A DNA stretch of 64,000 nucleotides. It comes from Alphaproteobacteria bacterium UBA830. Its GTDB lineage: Bacteria; Pseudomonadota; Alphaproteobacteria; MPNO01; UBA830. The stretch covers positions 135,898-199,897 of the forward strand of contig DBHK01000025.1 of NCBI GenBank assembly GCA_002295635.1, read 5' to 3'. How positions within the stretch are numbered: position 1 is the first letter of the stretch; every line of letters begins with the position of its first letter. A model generated the notes under the pieces. The model had not been told where the DNA came from. It saw only the letters and a list, made by a program, of their open reading frames with translations, and made no database searches. Positions 47,745 through 56,930 of the stretch are shown piece after piece. Both the position numbers and the translations under genes were made by a program.

Positions 47745-49016
47745 TCAAACCGTCCAATTCGGCGATGTCCCGAGACCTGAGGCAACCCTCAAAGCGCTCC
47801 ATACGCCGTCCTCATGAAAGCCATATCGCTGCCAAGCTCCACAATACCAGGTGCCGCGCATGCCTTGTATTTCCTGAATCAGGCCCTGAGCATCTATTGC
47901 GGCCTTATCGAATATGGGGTGTTCAAATTCGAATTCGTCATAGACCAGTTCCGGATCAGCAGAACGGATCGGGTTTAGCGTCTCAAACAGAGGAAAACGA
48001 TAATCGAGAGATTGCAGACGGTTCATCCAGTAGGACATAGTTACGTCGGGTGTGTTGCGGTTCCGGTGTTCCATAATATAGGCCCAGCTCGACCATGCGT
48101 TGCGCCGGCGAGGCATGAAAGATGGGTCACCGTGCAGTACTGTCCGGTTTTTCTGGAACTTGAAGACAGAGAGAATTTCGCGCTCCCGTTCCGTCGGAGT
48201 ATCCAGTAGCGCTAGGGCTTGGTCGGCATGGCAAGCCAGCACGACCTTATCAAAGGCATTACGCGACCCGTCTTCTGCGGTGACAAAACATTGGCCAACC
48301 TCTGTCGCCGGGCGCTCGATTCGCACCGCACCGGAAGGGCGTATGCACCCGGAAAAGGCGTCTTTTAAGCGGCGGACATACTCGCGAGCACCGCCAGTAA
48401 CTGTATACCACTGAGGCTGATTACTCAGCGTTAAGAGACCGTGATTTTTAAAAAAGCGGATGAATGTCGCGGCTGGAAATTCCATCATGGTTTCTGGGGG
48501 ACAACTCCATATAGCACTGCCCATGGGCACAAGAAAGTAACGCCGAAACCAAGCGCCCATAGACAGTTCATCTAGACAGTCTCCCAACGTAAAGTCAGTC
48601 TCCCGTGTTAGAAAATTTGGCGACTGGCGAAAGAACCGCACTACGTCGCTCATCATTCGCCAATACGCGGGCCGCGCGAGGTTCCGCTTTTGAGCAAATA
48701 CGTTCCAAAATTTAGGTGTCCCGTATTCTAGCCATCCCTCGTCCACCGTTAATCCGAAGGACATATCGGATTTCTGTACCGGTACATTCAGCTCGGCAAA
48801 TAGTTGGGCCAGCAGAGGATAGTTACGATAATTGAAAACAATAAACCCAGTATCAACAGGTATATCTTCAGACGCGCCTTCCGGACGAATCAGCACGGTT
48901 CGGGTGTGCCCCCCGAAGTGTCTGCTTTTCTCGAAAATGGTGACGTCATGCATCCCGTCAAGTAGATAGGCTGCGGACAGACCAGAAATACCACTGCCAA
49001 CTATAGCTATTTTCAT
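47745..49016 (-). CDS. NAD(P)/FAD-dependent oxidoreductase (amine-oxidase/desaturase-like, COG2907 type)
   Basis: The dinucleotide fold is MKIAIVGSGISGLSAAYLL...FEKSRHFGGHT. The C-terminal YCGAWQRYGFHEDG is typical of this family. Confidence 0.85.
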   Translation of the reverse strand: MKIAIVGSGISGLSAAYLLDGMHDVTIFEKSRHFGGHTRTVLIRPEGASEDIPVDTGFIVFNYRNYPLLAQLFAELNVPVQKSDMSFGLTVDEGWLEYGTPKFWNVFAQKRNLARPAYWRMMSDVVRFFRQSPNFLTRETDFTLGDCLDELSMGAWFRRYFLVPMGSAIWSCPPETMMEFPAATFIRFFKNHGLLTLSNQPQWYTVTGGAREYVRRLKDAFSGCIRPSGAVRIERPATEVGQCFVTAEDGSRNAFDKVVLACHADQALALLDTPTEREREILSVFKFQKNRTVLHGDPSFMPRRRNAWSSWAYIMEHRNRNTPDVTMSYWMNRLQSLDYRFPLFETLNPIRSADPELVYDEFEFEHPIFDKAAIDAQGLIQEIQGMRGTWYCGAWQRYGFHEDGVWSALRVASGLGTSPNWTV

Positions 49017-49126
49017 TTTCGATCTCTGTTTATCTACCGGATTTACGTCGTTCTACAGGTAACGGATTATCATACCACACAGACACCCCGGCGAATCTTG
49101 GTGTTCCTTAGGAAAGGGGAAAACAA

Positions 49127-49852
49127 ATGAACGAACTTGCAACCCTGCTTCGCGACTTAGTAGTAGCCAACCGAATTCTCGCCAATGAGAACGTGGTCGA
49201 CGCATACGGCCATGTTAGCGTCCGTAACCCCAACAACCCAGACCGCTACTTTTTATCCTGTTCGCGCAGCCCGGAATTGGTCCAGCGGAGCGACCTCATG
49301 CAATTCGAACTGGACGGCGCACCAGTCGACGGTGATTCGCGAAATCCCTATCTTGAGCGATTTATCCACGGCGCCGTCTATGAACGGAACCCGACCATAC
49401 AGGCCGTGGTGCACAGCCACGCCGAGGAAGTTCTGCCCTTTACCATATCGCAACAACCGCTGTTACCGGTAATCCATTCAGCTGGGCTTATGGGCCCGAA
49501 ACCGCTGGTTTGGGACATTGCTGATAAATTTGGTGATACGACACTCCTTGTTGTCAACATGGATCAGGGCCGGGATCTCGCTGAGGCGCTCGTAAGTCAC
49601 CGTATCGTTCTAATGCGCGGCCACGGTTTCGTCGCCGCAGGGAGATCACTATCGGAGGTCATTCGACTATCGGTGATGTTACCCCGAAATGCGCGGGTCC
49701 TAACGACAGCACTTCAGTTCGGCGGCCTGAAGCCACTATCTTCCGCCGAAGTTGCCCTCCGCGAAGACATGAATCCAGATGGAAAGGAATTCTATCGTGC
49801 TTGGGAGTACTGGGCGGCACGGGCCGGCTGTTCAGAGATGCTGGACGGATAA
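49127..49852 (+). CDS. Class II aldolase/adducin N-terminal domain family protein
   Basis: The motifs are GHVSVR, a metal-binding histidine region (VVHSHAEEV) and MRGHGFVA. Confidence 0.8.
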   Translation: MNELATLLRDLVVANRILANENVVDAYGHVSVRNPNNPDRYFLSCSRSPELVQRSDLMQFELDGAPVDGDSRNPYLERFIHGAVYERNPTIQAVVHSHAEEVLPFTISQQPLLPVIHSAGLMGPKPLVWDIADKFGDTTLLVVNMDQGRDLAEALVSHRIVLMRGHGFVAAGRSLSEVIRLSVMLPRNARVLTTALQFGGLKPLSSAEVALREDMNPDGKEFYRAWEYWAARAGCSEMLDG

Positions 49853-49913
49853 GCAGATTGTTGCAGCCGCACACATTGGATTAAGAAACCGGATCGTAAT
49901 TTATCGATAGAAG

Positions 49914-52247
49914 CTAGTCGGCAAGACTAACTCTTAGCGCCCGCCAAACCTTCTCTGGCGTCGCCGGCATTTCGATGGTAGTTCCGCCAGCGTTGTGTAG
50001 CGCATCATTGACAGCATTCATCACCGCCGGCATAGCGCCGACTGTTCCAGACTCACCAACCCCCTTTACGCCCAGTGGGTTGCGGGCAGTAGGCACCTCG
50101 TTGGCGGCTATATTAAAATTGCAAAAATCGTCAGCCCGCGGCATGCAGTAATCCATAAATGAGCCTGTTAGAAGCTGGCCTGAGTCTCGTTCGTAGTTTA
50201 TATCCTCCATAAGGATCTGGCCCGCGCCTTGAACAATACCGCCGTGGATTTGGCCGTCGAATAGCAGGGGATTCAGAATTGTGCCGGCATCATCGATGGC
50301 AGTGTAACGAACCAGTTCTACCCGCCCAGTATCGGTATCTACCTCAACCTCGGCTACGTGTACTCCGTTAGGAAATGTTGATCCGTCCCCGGAACTAGCA
50401 CCGAATTGACCGTGCTCGTATAAACCTGGCTCGATATCCGGCGGTAACTTTGGTTTGACATAGGCGGTCTTAGCAACATCCTCAAGACTTACTGATCGGT
50501 CTGTGCCGACCACTGTGAAAGCTCCATCACCAAATGCGATATCGCCCTCCGCAGCTTCGAGCATATGAGCAGCGATGCGCTTGCCCTTTTCAATGATCTT
50601 GTCCGCAGCCTCCACAATGGCAGCACTAACGAACACAGCAACACGCGCATTAAACGTGCCAACACCATGGGCCACTTTATCCGTGTCCCCATAGCGATAG
50701 ACCACCTTTTCCGGTTCAACTCCCAGTCTGTCGGAGAGCACCTGCTTAAAGGTGGTGCCGTGGCCCTGGCCGTGATCCATAGCGCCCGAAAGCATCGTGA
50801 CTCCTCCGGTTGCATCGAAGCGGATTTCGATATGCTCGAAATTTGTGTTGGCAACACCAGTGATCGAGTTCGATGTTCCGAAACCCAACAATTTCCCGCG
50901 TTTTTTTGCTTCGATGCGACGGGTCTCTATATCTTTATAACCGGCCGCAACGAGACATTCTTCATAGTTTCCGGTGAAATCCCCACAATCAAAGTAATCG
51001 CCCATCGATGTTCTGAACGGCAGCGCGTCGGGGGGTATCGTATTGCGCCGACGTAGTTCTACCGCGTCAATACCGATTTGGCGTGCTGCAACATCCACCA
51101 TGACTTCTAATACATGGACGGGTTCTGGTTTCGCGCCGCCTCGGTATTGAGCATTGCTCATCATATTTGTTAGAACACCGGTAACTTGCGCAAAGACTGC
51201 AGGGATCCCGTAGACGCCGGCTAGTCCGCCAAGGCCACTAGTGGCACACCCAACGTTCCGGTCCGTCGTATAATAAGCCCCGATGGGCACCTTGGTATGG
51301 GTGCGTAGGCCGAGGAATATACCATCTTCGTCCAGTGCAAGTTCCGCTTCCACAAAACCACCCCGAGCGTGATCATCACTGAGGATACTCTCGGTGCGTT
51401 CCGCGATCCATTTCACCGGTCGGCCAGTTACCTCGGATGCCCAGAGGCTGAGTGCATATTCCGGGTAAACCCCGCCGCGGATCCCGAACCCTCCGCCCAT
51501 ATTGTCACATACAACATGTAACTTGGACTGCGGCATCTTAAATATCTGCCCGGCAATCTGCTGTCGCATACCATGCACCGATTGCACGGTGGCACGCAGG
51601 TTATAACGGTCTTCGAATTCGTCATAGTGACCAATACAGCCTCGATTTTCCATTGCATTGCCGGCCACCCGGTTAACACAAACCCGGTGGCGGACTAGAT
51701 GTGTCGCCCCTTTGAAAGCTGCCTCCGTCGCCTGCTCATCACCGCGCTTGTAAGTAAAAGCCTCGTTGTCAGGATTTTCCTCCCAAACTGAAGCGTGGCC
51801 AGAGTCGAGCGCGTCGTCCAGTGACGCGAGAACAGGAAGCGAATTAAATTCGAATTCGATTAGTTCGGCGGCGTCTTTTGCCTGATTTACCGTTTCTGCG
51901 ACGATAAACGCAATCGCCTCGCCGACATATCGCACGCGCCCCTGAGCCAGTAGAGGCCTAATCCGAACAAAGCCATCCGACCCATCTATCTTCTTACAGG
52001 GTGTTAGTACACCTATATTTCCAAGATCCCGTGCCGCCAAGTCGTCTCCAGTCAGTATTGCCAGCACCCCAGGCGCAGTCCGCGCCGGATCGACGTTCAG
52101 TGATAAGATTTCGGCATGCGCAACCGGTGAGCGAAAAACCACGGCATGAACGAGGTTGAGCGCAGAAACGTCATCAAGATATCGGCCACGTCCCTGCAGC
52201 AATCGAAGATCTTCCTCTCGAACAATGGGCGCACCAATCCTAGTCAT
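49914..52247 (-). CDS. Xanthine dehydrogenase/CO dehydrogenase-family molybdopterin-binding large subunit (CoxL-like)
   Basis: The N-terminus IVREEDLRLLQGRGRYLDD, plus GGGFG, the QYRGGAKPE loop and the C-terminal GVGESGTVGAMPAV, are hallmarks of the family. The ATG at 52247 is preceded by GGAGAAGG. Confidence 0.9.
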   Translation of the reverse strand: MTRIGAPIVREEDLRLLQGRGRYLDDVSALNLVHAVVFRSPVAHAEILSLNVDPARTAPGVLAILTGDDLAARDLGNIGVLTPCKKIDGSDGFVRIRPLLAQGRVRYVGEAIAFIVAETVNQAKDAAELIEFEFNSLPVLASLDDALDSGHASVWEENPDNEAFTYKRGDEQATEAAFKGATHLVRHRVCVNRVAGNAMENRGCIGHYDEFEDRYNLRATVQSVHGMRQQIAGQIFKMPQSKLHVVCDNMGGGFGIRGGVYPEYALSLWASEVTGRPVKWIAERTESILSDDHARGGFVEAELALDEDGIFLGLRTHTKVPIGAYYTTDRNVGCATSGLGGLAGVYGIPAVFAQVTGVLTNMMSNAQYRGGAKPEPVHVLEVMVDVAARQIGIDAVELRRRNTIPPDALPFRTSMGDYFDCGDFTGNYEECLVAAGYKDIETRRIEAKKRGKLLGFGTSNSITGVANTNFEHIEIRFDATGGVTMLSGAMDHGQGHGTTFKQVLSDRLGVEPEKVVYRYGDTDKVAHGVGTFNARVAVFVSAAIVEAADKIIEKGKRIAAHMLEAAEGDIAFGDGAFTVVGTDRSVSLEDVAKTAYVKPKLPPDIEPGLYEHGQFGASSGDGSTFPNGVHVAEVEVDTDTGRVELVRYTAIDDAGTILNPLLFDGQIHGGIVQGAGQILMEDINYERDSGQLLTGSFMDYCMPRADDFCNFNIAANEVPTARNPLGVKGVGESGTVGAMPAVMNAVNDALHNAGGTTIEMPATPEKVWRALRVSLAD

Positions 52248-52407
52248 ACCTTCTCCCTCATAGCCGGTTTTTGTTGCCAGATACAATCAGGCCGCCTTTT
52301 GTAGTCCGCGACCCGACCCATTTACAGTTCTCAACCAAGTATCCAAATACTAGTAGGGGGGAGCGCTCTATCTGTTCATCTCGGATACACCGTTCTCCGA
52401 AAAGCTT

Positions 52408-53349
52408 TTAACAGCTATTTTCAGGGCGGCCGCGCATTAAACGGTCGACAATATCCTCGAACTGCTCGAGCGACTGGTATTTCACGCGAAGATAGCCACC
52501 GGTGCCATCAAAGGTTATCTCAACCTTGGCGCCAAGCCCGTTGGAAAGTTCGCGCTCAATGGCCTGCGTGTCGGTGTCGCTAGGGATCGGCCGTTTTCTT
52601 CCGACGAAGGATGATTTACCAGCCCTTTTATCACGAGACTTTTTGCCGAGGAGTTCTGTTTGGCGTACGCTTAGACCATCGGTCACGATCTTCAGCGCCA
52701 GTCTGGTCGGATCTTGCGCGGACAGGATTGCTCGGGCGTGCCCCACTGTAAGCCTACCATCCTCGAGCATCTCCTGCACTTTCTTTGGTAGATAAAGTAA
52801 GCGCATCATATTAGCGACGTGGCTCCTGCTCTTACCGACGACCCTGGCTACCTGTTCCTGCGTTTTACCGAAATCTTTGGACAGCCGGGCAAGTGCCTTT
52901 GCTTCCTCTAACGGCGATAGCTCGTCTCGCTGAATATTCTCGATTAGGGCTACTGCAAGCGCCTCGGCATCAGAGAAGTCCCGGACGATGACCGGGGCTT
53001 CGTGAGCTTTAGCTAGCTGCGCGGCACGCCAGCGGCGTTCACCGGCTACGATTTCAAAAGTATTCTCACTGTTTCGCACTGGTCGTACGATCAAGGGCTG
53101 TAGTATGCCCTGTTCCCGGATCGATTCTGTAAGTTCCCCCAATGCCACATCGTCAAAATGTCGCCGAGGCTGAAGCGGGTTCGGTATAAGCCTAGCAATG
53201 GGAACAACTCGCATACCCCGGGCATCGGCCTCTCGGCCCCCCGGGCTTGCGGGCGCCGCAGAGGTTGCAGAAAGACTGGATTTTTGGTCGCCAAAAAGCG
53301 CTTCTAGACCTCGGCCCAATTGACGTGGCCGGCTATTTTCATCACTCAT
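52408..53349 (-). CDS. parB: Chromosome-partitioning protein ParB
   Basis: The motifs are LGRGLEALF, NPLQPRR, GERRWRAA and the HTH region QEQVARVVGKSRSHVANMMRLL. The ATG at 53349 overlaps the end of parA. Confidence 0.95.
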   Translation of the reverse strand: MSDENSRPRQLGRGLEALFGDQKSSLSATSAAPASPGGREADARGMRVVPIARLIPNPLQPRRHFDDVALGELTESIREQGILQPLIVRPVRNSENTFEIVAGERRWRAAQLAKAHEAPVIVRDFSDAEALAVALIENIQRDELSPLEEAKALARLSKDFGKTQEQVARVVGKSRSHVANMMRLLYLPKKVQEMLEDGRLTVGHARAILSAQDPTRLALKIVTDGLSVRQTELLGKKSRDKRAGKSSFVGRKRPIPSDTDTQAIERELSNGLGAKVEITFDGTGGYLRVKYQSLEQFEDIVDRLMRGRPENSC

Positions 53350-54262
53350 GCCTTGTTCCTCCGGCGGTTGGGTCATTACCTCTTAAGGTTGTATTTCTTT
53401 CCTCCCTTTGAGATTCGTGCCGGCGCAAAACCTCGCTCGCCAGATGGACATATGCTTGGGATCCGGCGCAAGCCAAATCGTAAATAAGTACCGGCTGTCC
53501 GTGAGAAGGAGCCTCTGAGACACGTACATTTCTTGGTATAACGGTATCGTAGACACTATCTCCGAAGTAGTTCCGCACATCGTCTTCTACTAGGGACGAC
53601 AATTTGTTCCGAGAATCATACATAGTAAGAACTATCCCCTCAATATTCAACCCTGGGTTGAATCGTTCGGTAACTCTATCGATTGTGCGTACAAGCTGGC
53701 TCAGCCCCTCGAGGGCAAGAAACTCACACTGCAGCGGCACCAATACAGAATCCGAGGCAACTAGCCCGTTCAGCGTTAGCAACCCCAGCGCGGGCGGACA
53801 GTCAATCAAGATGTAATCGAACCGTTTTGCCTCTCTACGAAGGGCGTCGCGCAAACGGCGCTCTCGTCCTTCCAGATCTACTAGTTCCAGCTCTGCTGCT
53901 GATAGGTCGATAGTGGATGGGATAACCCCCAATCCCGGCACCCGTGTTTCAATCATCGCGGCGTCGAACTCGACTGCACCCAGCAGAAGGTTATACGTCC
54001 CGATGGTGCGCTGATCGCGATCAATACCAAGGCCGGTCGATGCATTCCCCTGTGGGTCCAGGTCGACTAAGAGCACTCGGCTACCGGCCGCCGCTAATGC
54101 CGTCGCTAGGTTGATAGCGGTAGTGGTCTTGCCAACACCGCCTTTCTGGTTAGCCACTGAAATAATACGCCCACTTTCATGACCCCCTACGCGGCCTCTC
54201 GGGGCGTCCTGCTCTGTGAACACCCTGTCAGCGGGGAGGGCCTCAAGCATCTCTTTTTCCAT
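53342..54262 (-). CDS. parA: Chromosome-partitioning ATPase ParA
   Basis: The deviant Walker A is NQKGGVGKTTTAINLA, followed by VLLVDLDPQGNAS. Confidence 0.95.
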   Translation of the reverse strand: MEKEMLEALPADRVFTEQDAPRGRVGGHESGRIISVANQKGGVGKTTTAINLATALAAAGSRVLLVDLDPQGNASTGLGIDRDQRTIGTYNLLLGAVEFDAAMIETRVPGLGVIPSTIDLSAAELELVDLEGRERRLRDALRREAKRFDYILIDCPPALGLLTLNGLVASDSVLVPLQCEFLALEGLSQLVRTIDRVTERFNPGLNIEGIVLTMYDSRNKLSSLVEDDVRNYFGDSVYDTVIPRNVRVSEAPSHGQPVLIYDLACAGSQAYVHLASEVLRRHESQREERNTTLRGNDPTAGGTRHE

Positions 54263-54323
54263 TAGTACAGACCTATGGGTTCGTCGCCACCACGCGGAGC
54301 GCCTGTTTCCGACAATAAAATCC

Positions 54324-54956
54324 CTACTTTCGGGTCAGCTCGGTAATCCTTAAAATACGGGCATCGGGTGATGTCCAACTTTCAAACGTCTCAACGTGCA
54401 TTTTCCAGCGTTTACAAGCCTCGGTCAATTCACCCTGCCATTGCGCACCCTTCTGAAAGAGACAGGTCCGGGCACCCAATGATTCTGCCATTCCACACAA
54501 TTTAGAGAGGGGTGCTACTGCCCGCGCCGTTAAAATATCCACAGAATTTTGAGTCGATTCGTCTGCAAATACCTCGACGCGCGAATTTTTTACCGTCGCT
54601 GGCGCCCCGGTAGCATTAATTACTTCTTGGAGGAACTTACATTTACGCCCACGCGACTCTACAAGTGTTACTGGCAAACCAGTTACGATTGACAAAACCA
54701 ATCCGGGAAATCCCGCTCCGGCGCCAATGTCTGTGATCGAGCCAGCATCCCGGGGCAGGTGGGCAGTAAGCTGAAAAGAATCCAACATGTGGCGGCCCCA
54801 CAGATCGGAGAGGCTATGCCGCGACACAAGGTTCTGAACGTTCTGGCGCCGGCGGAGAAGTTCCGCGTAAATCTCAAGTCGCTCCATTGTTTCACGTGAA
54901 ACGTTGGCGATATTCTGGAAAACTTCTGCAGTAATGGGGGAGGGGCCTGGCGCCAA
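54324..54956 (-). CDS. rsmG: 16S rRNA (guanine527-N7)-methyltransferase RsmG
   Basis: The motifs are VSRETMERL and the SAM loop DIGAGAGFPGLVL. The position between mnmG and parA fits. The start is TTG. Confidence 0.9.
   Translation of the reverse strand: MAPGPSPITAEVFQNIANVSRETMERLEIYAELLRRRQNVQNLVSRHSLSDLWGRHMLDSFQLTAHLPRDAGSITDIGAGAGFPGLVLSIVTGLPVTLVESRGRKCKFLQEVINATGAPATVKNSRVEVFADESTQNSVDILTARAVAPLSKLCGMAESLGARTCLFQKGAQWQGELTEACKRWKMHVETFESWTSPDARILRITELTRK
54888..54903. other. parS-like centromere site (15/16 match to TGTTTCACGTGAAACA) inside the 5' end of rsmG
   Basis: I read TGTTTCACGTGAAACG directly in the sequence at 54888-54903. Confidence 0.75.
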
Positions 54957-54958
54957 AC

Positions 54959-56833
54959 TTAAGCTGCCTTACGCCGAACGTGGCGGAGCAGGGTCGTCAG
55001 TGCGGCGGGCGTCACTCCCGGAATACGGCTGGCGGCCCCCAAGGTCTCCGGCCGCGCCGCGCCCAACTTTTCGCGCATTTCATTAGACAGACCGCCTACC
55101 GAGGCGTAATTCAAGTCTGGCGGCAGCGTCAGCGCTTCATCCTTTCGAAACGCGGCGATATCGGCTTGTTGACGGTCAAGATAGCCGGCATAAAGCGAGT
55201 CATGAGCAATCTGCTGAAGTACGCCGCTGTCGATTTGGCTGATCTGAGGCCATATGCGTAAAACCGCCTCAATACCAGCGTCGGCCTGAGCCAGCAGCTT
55301 AAGGGCAGACCTGCGTACGCCATCCTGAGAGACCTTAACCCCCTTAGCCAACAATTTCTCCGGTGTTTCAGAAAACTTTGCGAGATCGGCTCTAGCGGCA
55401 GAAATCTCCAACATCTTTGTTGCAAAAACCTGCGCTCGCTCGGCCCCAACGCACCCAAGGGCCGTTGCCGCAGGCGTGAGACGCTGGTCGGCATTATCAG
55501 CGCGCAGTGTGAGCCGATATTCGGCCCGGGACGTAAACATCCGATAAGGCTCAGACGTTCCACGATTGATCAAGTCATCAATCATTACACCAATGTATGC
55601 CTGCGCGCGATCAAGAACAAAAGGTGTATTATTATCACCGGCAGATCTGGCCGCATTTAAGCCCGCCATCAGCCCCTGAGCGGCAGCCTCCTCATAGCCG
55701 GTGGTGCCATTGATCTGCCCGGCGAAATACAATCCCTTCACCCGTCGGGTTTCCAGTGTCGCTCGGAGCTCACGGGGATCGACAAAATCATATTCGATTG
55801 CGTATCCCGGTCTTATCACCCGCGCCCTTTCTAAGCCGACAATCTTCGCGAGAAAGGCACGCTGTACCGGCTCCGGCAACGAGGTTGAAATACCATTTGG
55901 GTATACTGTGTCATCGTTCAAGCCTTCTGGCTCAAGAAAAATCTGATGCCGCGATTTATCCGTAAACCGTAGTACTTTGTCCTCAATAGAAGGACAATAC
56001 CGTGGGCCGGTGCTCTCGATTTGACCAGAATACATCGGCGCACGGTGGATATTGTCCTGAATGATTTCATGTACGCGCTCATTTGTGTAGGTGATATGGC
56101 AGGCAATCTGAGGCGTTTCAATCTGCCGGGTCATAGTAGAAAAGGGAATAGGCGGATCATCTCCCGGCTGCACCTCTAGTGCTGTCCAATTTATGGATTT
56201 ACCATCGAGACGCGGTGGGGTTCCGGTTTTTAACCGCCCTAGCGAAAAGCCGCAGAGCTCGAGCGTCTCTGACAAGCCATTTACAGGTTTTTCGCCCACC
56301 CGGCCAGCGGGTATTTTTCTTTCTCCTATATGGATAAGGCCCCGCAAAAAAGTTCCGGTGGTGAGCACGACCCTACCCGATGCGATCGTTTCGCCACCCG
56401 CCATTATCACTCCGGCGACCCGGCGGGCCGCTCCCGTGCCGATTATCGTGAGATTTTCGACACTACCTTCGCGAATAAATAGATTGGGCTGTTCTTTGAT
56501 CGCCGCCTGCATCGCGTCGCGGTAGAGTTTCCGGTCCGCTTGAGCTCGGGGGCCCTGAACCGCCGGCCCCTTTCGCCTGTTCAGCATTCGGAATTGAATT
56601 CCGGCCCGATCGATAACCCTTGCCATCAGGCCATCCATTGCGTCAATTTCGCGAACAAGGTGCCCTTTACCGAGACCGCCTATCGCCGGGTTGCAGGACA
56701 TTTCACCGATTGTAGACGCCTTATGAGTCACCAACAGAGTTCGGGCGCCCAAGCGAGCTGAGGCTGCAGCAGCCTCACAACCAGCGTGGCCGCCACCAAC
56801 AACAATCACATCATACGGATCAGAATCTAGCAT
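54959..56833 (-). CDS. mnmG: tRNA uridine-5-carboxymethylaminomethyl modification enzyme MnmG (GidA)
   Basis: The motifs are [24 protein letters not shown] and [16 protein letters not shown]. The protein is 624 aa. Confidence 0.97.
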   Translation of the reverse strand: MLDSDPYDVIVVGGGHAGCEAAAASARLGARTLLVTHKASTIGEMSCNPAIGGLGKGHLVREIDAMDGLMARVIDRAGIQFRMLNRRKGPAVQGPRAQADRKLYRDAMQAAIKEQPNLFIREGSVENLTIIGTGAARRVAGVIMAGGETIASGRVVLTTGTFLRGLIHIGERKIPAGRVGEKPVNGLSETLELCGFSLGRLKTGTPPRLDGKSINWTALEVQPGDDPPIPFSTMTRQIETPQIACHITYTNERVHEIIQDNIHRAPMYSGQIESTGPRYCPSIEDKVLRFTDKSRHQIFLEPEGLNDDTVYPNGISTSLPEPVQRAFLAKIVGLERARVIRPGYAIEYDFVDPRELRATLETRRVKGLYFAGQINGTTGYEEAAAQGLMAGLNAARSAGDNNTPFVLDRAQAYIGVMIDDLINRGTSEPYRMFTSRAEYRLTLRADNADQRLTPAATALGCVGAERAQVFATKMLEISAARADLAKFSETPEKLLAKGVKVSQDGVRRSALKLLAQADAGIEAVLRIWPQISQIDSGVLQQIAHDSLYAGYLDRQQADIAAFRKDEALTLPPDLNYASVGGLSNEMREKLGAARPETLGAASRIPGVTPAALTTLLRHVRRKAA

Positions 56834-56898
56834 AATTCCGCGGAATATAAGCCCGGCTTGGCCCGAGGTAAAGCAAGAAGCAAAGGATCGCCCACTCT

Positions 56899-56914
56899 TG
56901 TTTCACGTGAAACA
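56899..56914. other. Perfect palindromic parS site TGTTTCACGTGAAACA in the mnmE-mnmG intergenic region
   Basis: The exact 16-mer reads at 56899-56914. Confidence 0.85.
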
Positions 56915-56930
56915 ATACCGAACCACTCGT

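Noticed and set aside
52287-52407. Possible oriC next to parB or near mnmE (58266-58551), given the origin-proximal gene set
   Set aside because: I found no cluster of TTATCCACA-type DnaA boxes. There are only isolated partial matches, such as ATATCCACA inside rsmG near 54535-54543 and TGTGGGAAT near 58451-58459. I also found no AT-rich unwinding element. The origin is probably outside this window.
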